The notes under the pieces are model-generated. The model was given only the letters and a program-made list of their open reading frames with translations. It did not search any database and was not told the origin of the DNA. Made by a program: the position numbers and the translations under genes. DNA of 64,000 nt from Octopus sinensis (lineage: Eukaryota). Location: contig NC_043008.1 in NCBI RefSeq assembly GCF_006345805.1, positions 27,404,001-27,468,000 on the forward strand, in the 5' to 3' direction. Shown here one piece after another: positions 36,086 to 49,655 of the stretch (position 1 is the stretch's first letter; each line of letters opens with the position of its first letter).

Positions 36086-36171
36086 GATCAGAATAATAAT
36101 TATAAGAAGAAGAATATCACATCAAAAAATACCTTAGGAATGAGACCCCAGGTTCGATATTTTCTCCGAAG

Positions 36172-36215
36172 ACACCTGATAAAGGCTGGAGGGTTTATCA
36201 ACCGAAACGTTATGT
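36172..36215 (+). ncRNA. decayed type I hammerhead-like motif
   Basis: acac-CTGATAA-a-ggctg..caacc-GAAAC-GTT-atgt; G8 changed to A, stems I and II each with a mismatch, ACGT palindromic stem III. Confidence 0.5.
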
Positions 36216-36274
36216 TAACAACAAACAAGATGAGGACAAATATCCGTCAGATGTTTCGCTCATAAACACACATA

Positions 36275-36352
36275 ATGCCCGATCTGCGGTTCGAATCTTC
36301 GATCTCTTGACCGCGAGTCCGCTGCACTAACCAGTAGGCCATGTGCATCCAC
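36275..36352 (-). mobile_element. tRNA-derived SINE head
   Basis: Minus strand gtggatgcacatggcctactggttagtgcagcggactcgcggtcaagagatcgaagattcgaaccgcag contains A- and B-box-like motifs. Confidence 0.6.
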
Positions 36353-37885
36353 TCTTATTAGTGTGATGAACAAAAACTGCTTTCATTGTTAATAACGAAT
36401 ACACACGTGCACAGTTACCCACGCACATATTCACACAGAGACACAGTTTTATATACATGTATATTTTCGAAAGTTTTCGTGCCGTCAGATATGACAGCAG
36501 GTGTTTCAATAAACTTTCTGATAATTGCAAAATTTGGCTCGTATTTATTAATATTTGTGTTTTCAATTTGGAGGTTTTGTTGAAAGATATACATGATGAA
36601 TGATGCTAATGAGTATTTCCTTTTTTGAGTGTGTAAATAGAAGCGAAAAAATACCAGGTATCTTACTTTTACCCAATAATATACAGGTTTGATTACATTA
36701 CTCTTAATAGAAAGATATGTTGTTCATTTGTATCACATAATCATGGCTGGTTCATTCATAGTTTTTGGTTTTCATTGATTTCTTATGTTTCTATCATTAC
36801 TTTCATTCTCTAATCGTTCTTGCACGCGTATTCTCTCATTCTTCCTTCTGAATATCTTTTGCACAATCTTTCATTTGCCTGGCTTATATCATGTAACCTC
36901 CCTCCCTTTTCTTTGTCAGTTTCATTGACTATTCTTTAAACTGTTCTATGTCGTATTTCTGTTAGCATTCTTTCACTTTCTTCCTCACTCAGTTACATAG
37001 ATGTATGTCGAACTGTGATTTGCTCTAGACATTCTCATCTTCCCTTCTACATCTAATCCCATTAATATCTCTGCGTAGCGTCTTCTAATTTTCTCTCGTT
37101 TCTTTGAGCAGCATTATTCAGTCTTCTGTATCAGTATATTCATGTCACCTTCTTCTTCCAGATTTATCTTAGCTTTCCTGTGAGCCTCGCAGTCTAATAA
37201 CTAGTGCTTGCTATTCTCGTCACTGCGCTGCTCCGTTATCACTCAGTCGCGCTCTATATTTACGCATATAAGCTGTCTGGCTGCCCTTGCGGACTTTCTC
37301 TTCTGGCATTTCCCTACCTTTCTTCTGGTGCTTCAATGCCTGCGGGGAAGAAAAAAAAATGTGTATGATTCATAATGTCTGAAAGGGAAAAATGAAATCA
37401 AACATGCGTATCATCAGTCTGTACTGTGGGGCACTACACCTCAAAAGAACTGTCCATGTCACACTAATAATGAAAGAAAGAATCTCATAAATGTTGTGAT
37501 GCACGCACAATTATCAAAATTTATGAACGTAAAAGAAGGTTGAATATTATGAACGTAAAAGAAGGTTGAATATTATGAGACAAATACAACACACAAATAA
37601 GCACAACGAAAAATATACAGAACGATTACAGCGATAACGTAGATTCACGGTCGGACACTTTAGGAAGTAAATCGTATGAAGGGAAACAACTCCCATAATT
37701 TGAGAGTAATGATCACGAAATGTTTGCAAATACGCGTAGCCTTTTATATATGTGTATGTTTGTGTGCGTGTGCGTGAGTTTGTGTATGTGTAAGCGTAAA
37801 TAGAAATTTTAGCAACATACCATCCTACGGAACAGATATGTTGAATTGGCAACAAGCATTACTATATACAATATATATATATATG

Positions 37886-37928
<43 letters not shown>

Positions 37929-38322
37929 TATATATATTATATATATATATATGTATATAAAATTATCAAGAACATTTTTCTGGATAATTTTCGAATTGAA
38001 AAGCCGGCTTATTTATTTACTGCCGACATGGAGCTGCGCTTGGGCGGTAGATTTTAAAAAATTAGAATGTATAAGCACGGGGCATATACTGGATTGCCTC
38101 GTGTATGTATATTTAATCTAAAGTGTACGTGCTGAAGAAGACTTCGTCTACCAAATTATTTTATTTGCTAAAAAATGTCTGAAACTATTAGTCCAGGAGT
38201 TAGATGATAAATGTTTTCAATTTTCATTTCCTTCGAAATTTTATCCATAATAGTGGTTTGGAATTTAACTCTCTAGAGTGCAAGGAGTCCTATGATGGAT
38301 TCCTCTTATATGTTTAAATGTA

Positions 38323-38407
<85 letters not shown>

Positions 38408-38479
38408 AAGAGGCTTCCAAATAGGAAAGCCTTGTGCTAGAAAGAGCAGTAGAAAACTCAAATTCACTAAATAGGGATA

Positions 38480-39100
38480 AATTGTCGAAAGGAATGAAAA
38501 TTAAAAACGTTTACCATCTGAATTATTTCCCAGACCATGGTTTCTAAATATTTCCAGCAACAAAATATTTGCTGAAGGTCAGTTTCATCAGTGGGACAGC
38601 CTTTCGATTTCAAATACACAACACAGCCAGATCCACATATTTGAAATCACAAAATCCATTTATATACCCATTTACACCACTATCTATCTCTTCAATATGA
38701 ATACGTTATTCAAAATACTGCTAAAATGCTGCCTGGGTTTACCTGGGATTTTAACTGCTGACCAACATCCATATCCTCTGAAAAAAGATGGGTTGTGAAC
38801 ATTATTCTCCTGCCTGTATTGTACCTTTACTCTGTATTTTTCTATTTACTTCTTAATTATTCTTTGTTATTCCTTATTCCCTGTAAACATATTTTATTCC
38901 TTGTACATTGTAAATTTTCCCTGTCTCATACCTTGTCTCTGATGACGGAATACCCAGTGCGTTGAGATTTTCACCAGCCATTTGAGTTATCCCAGAAACG
39001 GCAAAAAACTTCAAATTCACCTACCCTAATTGAATTATTCTAAATGACTTGAGATAATTGTTCTGCCTTGGTTTACTTTTTCCTCTAATAATATATACTT
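38480..39100 (+). mobile_element. decayed PLE 3' fragment with hammerhead-like motif
   Basis: gtct-CTGATGA-c-ggaata..tatccc-a-GAAAC-ggc at 38935-39003 (stem III and cleavage site damaged); upstream weak GIY-YIG-like remnant. Confidence 0.55.
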
Positions 39101-39311
39101 GCTATAACTGAAACAGAATTCGCTTCCCTAGACCCAACCTCAGCTGCGAACATGAAACATAACGGATGACTAACTATAGCATTTACTCAGCTTACCTATT
39201 CGTTTACATCATATGTGAACTAAGCCCCACATATTATATATATATATATATGCGTGTGTGTGTGTGTGTGTGTATTAATATACGTTAGCATATATGTGTA
39301 TATATATATGT

Positions 39312-39349
<38 letters not shown>

Positions 39350-39392
39350 TATTATATATATATTATATATAATATATATATATATATATATC

Positions 39393-39466
<74 letters not shown>

Positions 39467-39518
39467 AGATATAGATATATAGTATCAAGAAAAGAAATGG
39501 AATAAAATATTTTGTTTA

Positions 39519-39560
39519 GTACGACACATGTTTCGACCCGTTCTGTATCTCTTCAGGTAC
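39519..39560 (-). ncRNA. type I hammerhead ribozyme (left arm, pointing outward)
   Basis: Minus strand GTAC-CTGAAGA-GATAC-agaac-GGGTC-GAAAC-ATGT-GTC-GTAC; canonical core and GUC site; stem II has one mismatch and one G-U pair. Confidence 0.8.
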
Positions 39561-39707
39561 ATAAAGAAAGAAATAAAAAGTAAAAGTCTCACTAGCAATT
39601 TTCTTATTCGGTTTCATGTTCCGCTATATGTCCATGGGCATGTAGCATCATGTAAAACCGAATCAGAAAATCACTAGTGAGACTTTTTCATATTAAAATT
39701 TATTTAT

Positions 39708-39749
39708 GTACCTGAGGAGTACCAGAACGGTTCGAAACATGTGTCGTAC
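39708..39749 (+). ncRNA. type I hammerhead ribozyme (right arm, pointing outward)
   Basis: GTAC-CTGAGGA-GTACC-agaac-GGTTC-GAAAC-ATGT-GTC-GTAC; canonical core and GUC site; stem II has one mismatch. Confidence 0.8.
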
Positions 39750-39930
39750 TGGATAAAATATTTTATTCTATCTATTTTATTAATACTGTTACCTCAACCT
39801 CCACTACGATGTTTCTGCAATAAATCTACGCATAACAACAAGTGATCGAAACATTGCCGGTGCTTTCCTCATCATCTACTTATATAATTTTTGGTATAAT
39901 TTCTCCATTATACATATATATATATATATA

Positions 39931-40656
39931 TATGCATATGTTTTATTTGTTAAATTGTTATTATATGACTGACCGCCTCGCGTCGTTTCTTATCCTCCAA
40001 GTAAGTTTTTATTAATAATTATGACGCCCACTCTTTAACCCTTTACTTGATTTTTCCTTCCTGTCTGTCTGTCTTCGTCTCTACCTGTCTCTCTCCTTCT
40101 TATTTTTCACCCTTTCTGGTTTCTTTTCCTCTCTATCTCTCTCTCACTTCTCCTCTTCTCTCTTACTCCTCCTCTCTCTGGCCGCTGACCGGACTACTAA
40201 ACTTCCTTTCCCTCGCAGATTTCACCAAGTCAACATCGACTTCTTCTGTCTCTAGCAAGTCGATTTTCTGAATTGCGCTCCAACGAATTTTTCCACCGTC
40301 TAGGCTTAAAAAAGACCTCCATGTTGGTTTCCTTGTCCTGTTTTTATTCTTCATGTGTACTGTATTTTTATTTGTATTGCTTTTACGTCCTGTTCTTGTC
40401 ACTTTTTTTCTTCTTTTACCCCTCTGCCAAAGGATTTTATTTAATTCATTTTTCAGGAAGGACTGCTTCGGCCGGATCGTGTTGTGCCCTTACCTTCGAA
40501 ACACGCATTGAGTCGAACCAGGGGCAGCTGATGAAGGGGAATATTCCTTGTACCGTTTGTCTTGTACTCTGTTTTTCGTTGTTAAAAAAAGGCCGTTTTC
40601 TTGTTTTTATATTTGCGTTTCTCGTTGTGTTCTACGTTTATTTGTGGTGTCCTGTA

Positions 40657-40697
<41 letters not shown>

Positions 40698-40787
40698 ATA
40701 TATATATATATACATGTATATATACATATAGATGTAGGTATGTACATATATGTATGTATGTATGCATATGTTTTATTTGTTAAATTG

Positions 40788-40791
<4 letters not shown>
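39931..40791 (+). mobile_element. about 830-bp repeat bounded by a perfect 31-bp direct repeat, with a decayed hammerhead-like motif (probably PLE-derived)
   Basis: tatgcatatgttttatttgttaaattgttat at 39931-61 and 40761-91; internal ttcagga-agg..cctt-c-GAAAC-acgc-att at about 40452-40510. Confidence 0.5.
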
Positions 40792-40829
<38 letters not shown>

Positions 40830-41200
40830 TCTTTTATTCTTTTACGCGTTTCAGTCTAGTGGCTGTAGTCATGCTGGAGAACCATATATATGTATATATA
40901 TATATATTATATATATATATATGTAATGTTTAATAATCATTAATTGAAAAAGGTTTACGTAAATATGACCAATTTCTGTTGATGACTTTTTGCTGGACAG
41001 GACGGACGTTTTGCCAGCAATGGACCTTTCTTCACCAATTCAGGTTAAATTTTTTCTCTCTTGCGCTCTCGGAGCGCAATGCCTATGGAAGTTGTGTGTA
41101 GACCGCAAGAAAGAAAAAAAAATCCTGAGTTGGTGAATTTCGTGAGAGCATCTTTCTCAACTTATGAAATTGCAGCAGACCATCGTAATATATATATATC

Positions 41201-41231
<31 letters not shown>

Positions 41232-41330
41232 GTGGGTGGGGAAGGGACATACAGACAGACGCGCATAAACGCACACACATGCACGCAAGAACAAATACAT
41301 AATATATATACATGCATATATATTTATATG

Positions 41331-41361
<31 letters not shown>

Positions 41362-42699
41362 CTGTGACTGTGTGCACACGCCTCTGTGTGTCTGTGTGTC
41401 TTTGCGTGTGCATGTATGTGCATATATATTTCGCACATATTGGAAACATACATGGGACTCAGAATATATTTAACAGATGCTGCCTTACTGTATTGGGAAA
41501 AATAAACTTCTGTTTTAGCATCTATAACTTCGGATTCGTTGAGATATACTAAATTACAGCAAATCTCTGCTCGTATAAACTCGATTTTTCCGCATTTCAG
41601 CGATATAATTGCATAGACTTAGAGACATGTGCATATGCTATTACAATAAGGATTTATATTGACTCAAACGTATTAACCCAAATAGTTACATCATACGCAA
41701 AGATATAGTTACTGATGTAAAATGAAAAGATATGTCACATGCTCCCTTGAATCACATGGGGATGAATTTATCATTGTATTCACTTCCTCTCTGGGTATCT
41801 TGAAGGTTTTGAAAATGAAGAGATGGACATTTTTCGCACATAAGGGAAATATACTTGCAAGATGTAAGGGATTGAAACAGCAACATCAAAATTTGTAAAG
41901 CGTTGAAATCTATTGTAATTTTCATATTTCAAGTAAATGGAGATGATTTAAATAGTACTTTTTATATCATAGAAGACATGTATTGAGATATTTTTCCCTC
42001 TTGAGAAAGTTATTAAAAATAGATATTAAGGTTGATTCAAACAAAACAGCAGAAAGAAATTATACTTCCATTCCTGAAAGTTCTGTAAATACGTCTATTT
42101 AGTTAAGTTTCAGTTAAAGTGCACATGAAATAAAAGACATTACTTCCTTGAATTGCAAAGATAAAACTATTCTATTCATTTCTTTAAGCTCAAAATCAAA
42201 TGTAGATTATCAATATAAAGTTTACTAAAATTCTTTCAAGAACGTTTGTAAGCTGTGTTGTTTGTAACAGCATTTAAAATATATGATTTATTTGAAAATC
42301 AAAGTTGAGTCATTTTCCTGTTAGATATCTAGAGAATAGAATAAATAAAAAAAAATCGATTATCAGGTTTTCTTTGAGATAAAAGAACCATTCCTCCAGG
42401 AAAGCAAACTGTTTGTATAATGTTGCTTAAAACATATATTGATGAAATAACTTAACAGTGGTTTTCATAGGAATAAGATTAACCTCACGTAATTCAAAAA
42501 GTGGAAAGGTGATGCATATTTGTTCATGGTCAAAACTATCAAAGAGAAAATTGTTAAAAATGTGTAACTAGATTTTAAATTTTACCACTAAAATGAGAAA
42601 AACCAAATAGGTTTTTACTATTCTGTCTGTTAGAGAGGGATTTAAGTTAGTTGATAAACGCCAGTTTATCTTTGTAGCATCCTATATTGACTTTGTATA

Positions 42700-43140
42700 A
42701 GGCGACATGTTAGCAGAAGCGTTAGCACACAAGCCAAAAAGCTTAGCGGCGAGCTAGCAGAAACATTAGCACGCCGGGCGAAATGCTTAGCGGTATTTCG
42801 TCTGCGTTACGTTGTGAGTTCAAATTCCACCGAGGTCGACTTTGCCTTTCATCCTTTCGGGGTCGATAAATTAAGTACCAGTTACACACTGGGATCGATG
42901 TAATCGACTTAATACCTATGTCTGTCCTTCTTTGTCCCCTCTGTGTTTAGCCCCTTGTGGGTAATAAAGAAATAGGTATTTCGTCTGTCTTTACGTTCTG
43001 AGTTCAACTTCCGCCGAGGTCGACTTTGCCTTTCATCCTTTTGGGTCGATAAATTAAGTACCAGTTGTATAGTGGAGTCGATCTCATCCACTTGCCCCCT
43101 TCTCCCAAAATTTCGGGCCTTGTACCTTGAGTAGAAACGT
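42700..43140 (+). mobile_element. nested or dimeric tRNA-derived SINE
   Basis: Head fragment 42700-42745, full copy about 42746-42975, then a second body; both bodies contain ccgaggtcgactttgcctttcatcctt..gggtcgataaattaagtaccagtt. Confidence 0.9.
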
Positions 43141-44019
43141 ATATCGACTCTGTATATTGAAAGGCAAATTTATGTCTGCTAGAAACTAAAACAAAACTTA
43201 AAACGATTAAGCTAATCTCTGGAATGAGTAGCCTACATTTTTTCCTTTCCATGTTATTGGTTATACACCGTTAACTATACTCATTGAAAAAACACGTTCC
43301 TAGCTTAATTCTCCAACTGTATATGTGTTTCGATACAAATGAAGCATAGTTCACGAATTTCTGCATCTCTGGTATTTTCCGGTATCATATTTTAAGGCTG
43401 GTTGAAATATTTGTGCATGACCTTGTAACAGAGAGATACTATATAGATGATCGAGTGATATATAAATGACGGTGATATAAAACCGATTTAGTATTTATTA
43501 TGATGCTGAACATATTTCGTTGGTGAATGTAGCATTTCACTTTATTTAAGCAACCTTGTCCGCAACATATATGTTACCTATAGCTTTGTCATTTGATCAG
43601 TAGTTTAATGAGTGTTACACTTTTGTTGTCATGCATCGACACATACGTGATTTTTTTTCACGATGGAAAGTGCAACTAGATGTCGTTATTCAAACGTGAT
43701 AATAACAGATATAATTTCTCAAATATGATGAGTGAAGAAGAACATAACGGTATATAATTTTGCCAAGTTCATTAGTAAAGTATTACCACTATCGTTTATT
43801 TCTATATAGGTATAGTTACGCATGGGGCAGTTTAGGAATATTATTTAGTTGGTTCATGAAGTTATCTATTTTCAGTGACATACGTAACTCATAATTATTA
43901 TATGCGAAATTGTTACCTTAAGAATAATTTATTTATGGAGGAAAACATGGCATAGATAAACAATTTAATATGAAAATAAATTCTAGATACTGTACTGGAA
44001 CATCAAATCTCTCACAAAA

Positions 44020-44136
44020 GTATCTATCTATCTATGTATCTACCTATCTATTTATGTATGTATGTATGTATGTATGTATGTATGTATGTATGTATGTATG
44101 TATGTATGTATGTATGTATGTATGTATGTATGTATG

Positions 44137-44187
<51 letters not shown>

Positions 44188-44230
44188 ATATATATATATA
44201 TATTATATATATATATATATACATACATAC
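44020..44230. repeat. compound (TATC)n(TATG)n(TATC)n(TA)n microsatellite
   Basis: Direct inspection. Confidence 0.95.
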
Positions 44231-45285
44231 ATAGATTATAGGAATATAATATGAGAAAGGAATATAGTGTTTCATTCTTTAGCCATTTTAAATATAGAAA
44301 GACTTGGATAGTTTCCAAAGTGGAAACTAAAAAATATGAAATGAAATTAATGGCATTCTTAATTGAACTTCGGCTGAAATAACTTTTATTTTCAACTGTG
44401 CCGTTAGATAAGGTTTAAAATACCTATGAGATATGAAAAGCTATATATGTTCCCTTCTCATGTTGAGATATTTACCAAATTTCAGCTCGACAAGAAACTA
44501 ATACTACAGATCTCTAGATATTAGTTGAACATTGATTCTTAAATTTTGTGTAATAACGAAAGAAGACAGATTTACTTTATTGATTATAGGACGGACCAGA
44601 CATTTGGAAATCAAATGATGTAGTAATGTGCCAGAAAATACCAGAGATATGAAAGCAACTATTTAAATTCCTAAATTTATCATACGCTTACTGTGCTCTC
44701 TACGAATGATAACAGTTAAGGCCAAAATACGCATGTGTTCGTGTAAAAATATGAGAGTGTATATGTATATACATTTATGCAACTATGTATGCATACATAC
44801 ATATCAAAATTTTCTTATCTTCATACATGCTAAAACAAATCTAAAACAAAATACTTCTTAACTGATGGCTGAGGAAGGATGCTCTTACAAACTTGAATAT
44901 AATAAAAAATTTCGTCTATATGGTGTAGAATTCATAGAAATGTTGTGTCACACTATGTATAAAAGGCGCATAGGTTGTTCAGGATCTAATTTCACTGCAC
45001 GTAACATTGGACAAATATATTCTACTTAAGGACTGGATTCAGCAATTTGTTGTCCAAAGAATTTTACAAACAGAAGTGCCCGTCTATGTTAATGGAAGCA
45101 ACTGTAACTTTTGAAGCAGCATCATCTATACTGGGTTAAGAAGTGTAGGTTACGTATTCTTTATGTAATTCGATAGAATAAGCATTAAATTGAAATGAGA
45201 ATTCACACCAGTATGGTAGATGAACACAAGAAAGGTGTCCCCGTAGCATGATAGTTTATTCGTGTACACACACACACACACACAC

Positions 45286-45341
<56 letters not shown>

Positions 45342-46699
45342 CACCAACGCATGAGCACACACACACATACGCTGGCGTAGATATATATATAGATAGTCAA
45401 TAAAATGGAAACAGAAAACGAAAGTTCTTAGATAAGTATTTTTAAGTTTACGCTCCTTTAGTATTACTACAATTATTATTTCATCACTGTATAAACATTA
45501 GTTTATGCATATAATGTTTATATATATATAACATTAATTAATAAAGAGTTTAATCAATCAATTAGTCAATCAATTAATTAGATACTTGCTCTCCATTATT
45601 CTCATCAATCATTTATGTTACTATGGTGGATTTTCATACATTCTAAAAACCATGCTCTGCTTGAAGTGGAGTTGACTAGTAACAGAACTATAAACATTAA
45701 ATAATCCCCTATGAAGACAATTCCGAGCATGGATATTGCAGGTTACTGACATATTCAATTGCCTTCTTTTATTTACTATCAAACCACCACCACCATAGCT
45801 CTTGACAAATCAAGTAGTCATGAAATTTAAATGTATAGGTGTACAGTGAAAAGAGAGAAATGAAATTTACTACTATATATTCATTAATATAATCATCATA
45901 CAGCAGTAAAGGAAAGGTACTATACCGATAAGTTAATAAGATATTTGATAGTCACTAATTGTAGAAAGAACTAGGGTTGCTTTATTCAAATAGAGGTCTA
46001 TAATAAGTAATTGTCCAGCACTAGTTGTTCTTCTTTTATGGGATAATTCACCTCTCACATGTATTATTTCGCATGTAAATTATTATGTACTTATTTCTGA
46101 GGAAAGATTTAATCTGTTCCTTAACATTTGCACCTAATTCAGTTTAACTGTAATGAACGTAATACCTATAATTGACTGTAGAGGTGGGCATTAATTTTCA
46201 TAACATCTATGGAAATGAAAGCCACACCCTTTCTTTCTGCATGTCGTTACTTTGGAATTTCTGTTCTGTCTCAACTTACTTTATATTGCCGTTTCATTTC
46301 TGTTGCTTTGTGAATATATAGTAATGAATTCCCTTTCTTTCTATTCACCGTACAAGCTTGCATTTAAACTTGATTACTACTTGAACTACTTAGAGTGGGG
46401 CATTAGCAAGATTATAGTAAACCAAGGAAGGTAATTTGATGTCTCTCATCTACTATCTTTATCAAGTGAATTATCTTCATAGGCAAATAATAGATGTTTA
46501 TTAATCTCATACCATACGATTTCACTACAAAATGTGTTTGTTGGAAACTCTAAACATCTACCTTGAGGAAACTGGGGTCCGATGAGAATTGTTGAAGACA
46601 AAATATTTCATTAATTAACCACTTAATGAATGTATGATTGTATTTTTAGTTCGTAAGTCGTTGACGATGACCAAGGACTTCACATGGGATAATATAGGG

Positions 46700-47610
46700 C
46701 ATGATGTGTGTGGCTGTGGCTAATTAGTTCAATGAGTGGGCGGAAGGCTCTGTCGCAGATCGGGCACTGGTATTCTGCTGGGACCAATAGCAAATAGTTG
46801 GCTCTGGTCTCGCATACTTTGCGATTGCCCCTACAATCCTGTTATTTTTGTAGGAGGAGGCACCTCTGTTGTACATCTTCGCGAAGCAGAGCGGTCTTGT
46901 GCTTCTGTTTTACAAGTGTTGCGGTTGATCTCAAAGCTCTTCAGTGAGGTTTTGAGTAAGTATTCGATGCGCTGTTTCTGTCCCCTTAGTGTCCAATTGT
47001 CTTCCATTAGTTCACTGTAAAACAGTTTCTTGGGGATTCTCGTCTTCGGCACTCAAACTAGGTGGCCTGCCATCCTGAAAGGCGCTCTCCTCAGCAATTT
47101 GTAAATGCTTGAGAGATCAGTTCGAGAGAGGAACTCTGTGTCTTGGATCTTGTCTTGCCTGGTGAATTTCAATAGCTTTCTCAGACAGTTCCCGTAGAAG
47201 TGGTTTAGCTTCTTGGTGTGGCATTCTTAAACCGTTCAAGTCTTGCAGGAGTACAGTAGCGTGGGTAGTACAACTGCCTGGTACATTTTCAACTTGATGA
47301 ACAGCCTAAAGTCTCTACTTTCCCACACGAATTCCCGTAGTGGCCCGAATGCTGAGCTTCCCTTTGCGATGCGTTTGCCGACTTCTTTGTCAATGTTCAT
47401 GGATCTGGAGAATGTGGGTTTCCCCTTCGACAGTGATAGTTGGTTCCTCATACAGCTTTTGTGGAGCAATTTGGTCTATGGCCTGTCTTCTGAACACTAA
47501 TTGTGAAGCCAAAGTTGTTGCTGGCAGTGGAAAGTCATTTCTTGTTCTGTTGTATGTGGGCCTTTGTGGCAGCGTTGGAAGTCGGGCACTGCGTATTCGT
47601 CCTACTTAGT
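46700..47610 (-). mobile_element. RTE-clade (BovB-like) LINE 3' fragment
   Basis: NIDKEVGKRIAKGSSAFGPLREFVWESR..KLKMYQAVVLPTLLYSCKT and RMPKTRIPKKLFYSEL..GQKQR..LKTSLKSFEI..AQDRS. Confidence 0.9.
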
Positions 47611-49489
47611 ATGGCCTGTAGCCTCCGCAGGTAGAAGAGTATGCATTCTGAAATTTAGCTAACGTGTGAAGTGAATGAAGATTCATCATCTGATAAGTCT
47701 AAGTATGAGGCCTTTACCAGTGACAATCAGAGTGACACAGTGTGGAAAACTTAGGCTACTCACTTGCTGTTGCAATAAATTCAGATATTTCTTGTTTCGA
47801 ACAATTTCTCAAAATACAATTTCATTTACTTGGTATTTGCACCAAGCAGTGCAATCTAACCAAGAACAATTTCCGTTTAGTATTGATGTTATAGAAACCA
47901 ACGTAATATAATGTGCAAATATCAGGTACAATTTTCGTGAAAACGAACTGGCTTTATTGTAAAGAAAATATTACATATACATATATAAGAATATGGAAAC
48001 ATTTCTATGCGTGTGTCAGCGGGTGACAGTGCGCCGGCTTATGTGAATATATTTACTATATAATATATGGCAAGTTCCTGTTTAGATTTTCATCATCACA
48101 GATTCATGTTCTGGTTATATAAGCTTTGCTAAAATGCTTAATACAATATACTAATTTTTCATATTTGAGATATATTTAATAAAATAAGTGTTCCCTAAAT
48201 ATATATGTGTATATGCGCGTACAGGTGAGTGTGTGTATGTGTGTGTGTATGTGTGTGTATACGTGTGTGTGTATATGTGTGTGCATCTGTGTCTAGATAC
48301 ATATAAGGTGGACACTACGATACGTATTTCATTGCACTCATTTTGTGAGATTGGATAAGAAATTATAGCGTAGAAGTGAGAAGAAAAGAAGTGATAAAGA
48401 AGACTTGAGCGTGCTATCGTAAAATAAACATGCTGATTTTCATTAATTTTATTTTCTCCAGTAAATTTTGTTTGTATGTATTAATCAAGTAAAATATATA
48501 GAAATCATTTAGCAACTACTTATAAGAAAGATGTTTTAAAACAATAATGAACATAAGATTAAAAATATGCGTCGGTTGTAAAATTTCAATTATCAAAACC
48601 TTGCCAATGATAATGATAAACACACCTGCAAACTCTAATTACATTATTCAGTTATTACCTCGTTTTTGTCTATTTTTGTTGAAGTTTACAATGAATTTAA
48701 CAATTTCGACGAGTGCTTATTTTTTAAAGTCATTGTAAGAATGTTCAGTAATTAGCCCTAACCTAATTAAAATTCTCACCTTATTCCACCTGCAAAGTTG
48801 TGCTGAATTTTTCTTTGCAATTTATTAATAGTACAGTTTTAATTTCTGTGTGTTTTTTTCAGTGTTTGTTTTTTTCTATTGTTCCTTATTTCATATAGAC
48901 AAAAAAGAAAACAAAAACAGTTCATATGTCTGTAAATGTAGTTCGCATTCTTTCGCTATAAATTCCTAACAAAAATTAATAAAATTTGTATCGTTTTTTT
49001 TAAAATTTATATCCAGTGTATGAGTTTAGCAACCTCTAGGGGTGTAAGTACAAGCTGCAAAGTGGATAAGTATCTATTACAGAAGTGCAATGTATAAAAG
49101 TCGAGAAAACCACATGAAATTTAGCCAAAAGCTTCATATATTGTATTTCTTTCTTTTGTGTTTCAGCACCGTGCAGCATCAGTTTAAGTTAACAAGTGTG
49201 TTTCGTAAATGGTAGTATCTAAATGTCTGAACAAACTGACGTCTGCAAAACTACGTTCAAGTTCTCGTTAATGACGTACTGTCGCAAAATCTTTGAAGTG
49301 GTTGCAAATTTAATGATGTCTTGGATTCAATAAAATATATTTCAGGAAATAACATTTTGATATTATAGCATTATCTCGCATGTATGTAGCCGTCAAAATT
49401 CGTGATATAGATAAATTAACTCGTAGATGACTCAGATTAATTACCTATCTGATAATATAATAAATTTTGGCACAAGACATTATATGAAG

Positions 49490-49655
49490 TGAGTGAGTGG
49501 GTGGGGGTATTGATTACATAGAGTCCAGTACTGTACTGGTACTTTATTTTACCGATGCCGAAAGGATGAAGAATGAATTTAGTTGCATTGGAATTCGGAA
49601 CATAAAACTCCGGAAGAAATGTCTCTAAGTATTTTGCCCTATGTACTAACAAATA
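49490..49655 (-). mobile_element. degenerate SINE
   Basis: attgattacatagagtccagtactgtactggtactttattttaccgatgccgaaaggatgaag is the reverse complement of the 42.8-kb SINE body. Confidence 0.7.

Larger units (their letters stand above)
34600..36260 (+). mobile_element. decayed Penelope-like element with RT, GIY-YIG and 3' pLTR
   Basis: EAVLNKGLNFA; LPKIHKDGIPL..IVS..GS; MVSLDVINLFTKVP; NCVYSVPCSCGRLYKGET..SGIADHV..RKLKEA; pLTR with tRNA-like head and hammerhead-like motif. Confidence 0.88.
39500..39768. repeat. about 270-bp near-spacerless palindrome with two divergent hammerheads
   Basis: Arms 39500-39634 and 39636-39768 pair through gaataaaatatttt, agtacgacacatgtttcga, caggtacataaa, aaaagtctcactag, attcggttt and the central gctatatgtcc/gggcatgtagc. 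Confidence 0.92.

Noticed and set aside
36018-36352. Possible tRNA genes
   Set aside because: Only A/B-box-like heads without complete cloverleaves; interpreted as SINE or pLTR heads.
36640-37330. Possible decayed LINE ORF1 on the minus strand
   Set aside because: Only compositional resemblance with many stops; not supportable.
37521-37572. Perfect 26-bp tandem duplication
   Set aside because: Ordinary slippage duplication with no further structure; two units are not a CRISPR-like array.
40528-40560. CTGATGA followed by a short hairpin
   Set aside because: No GAAA or stem III downstream, so not a hammerhead.
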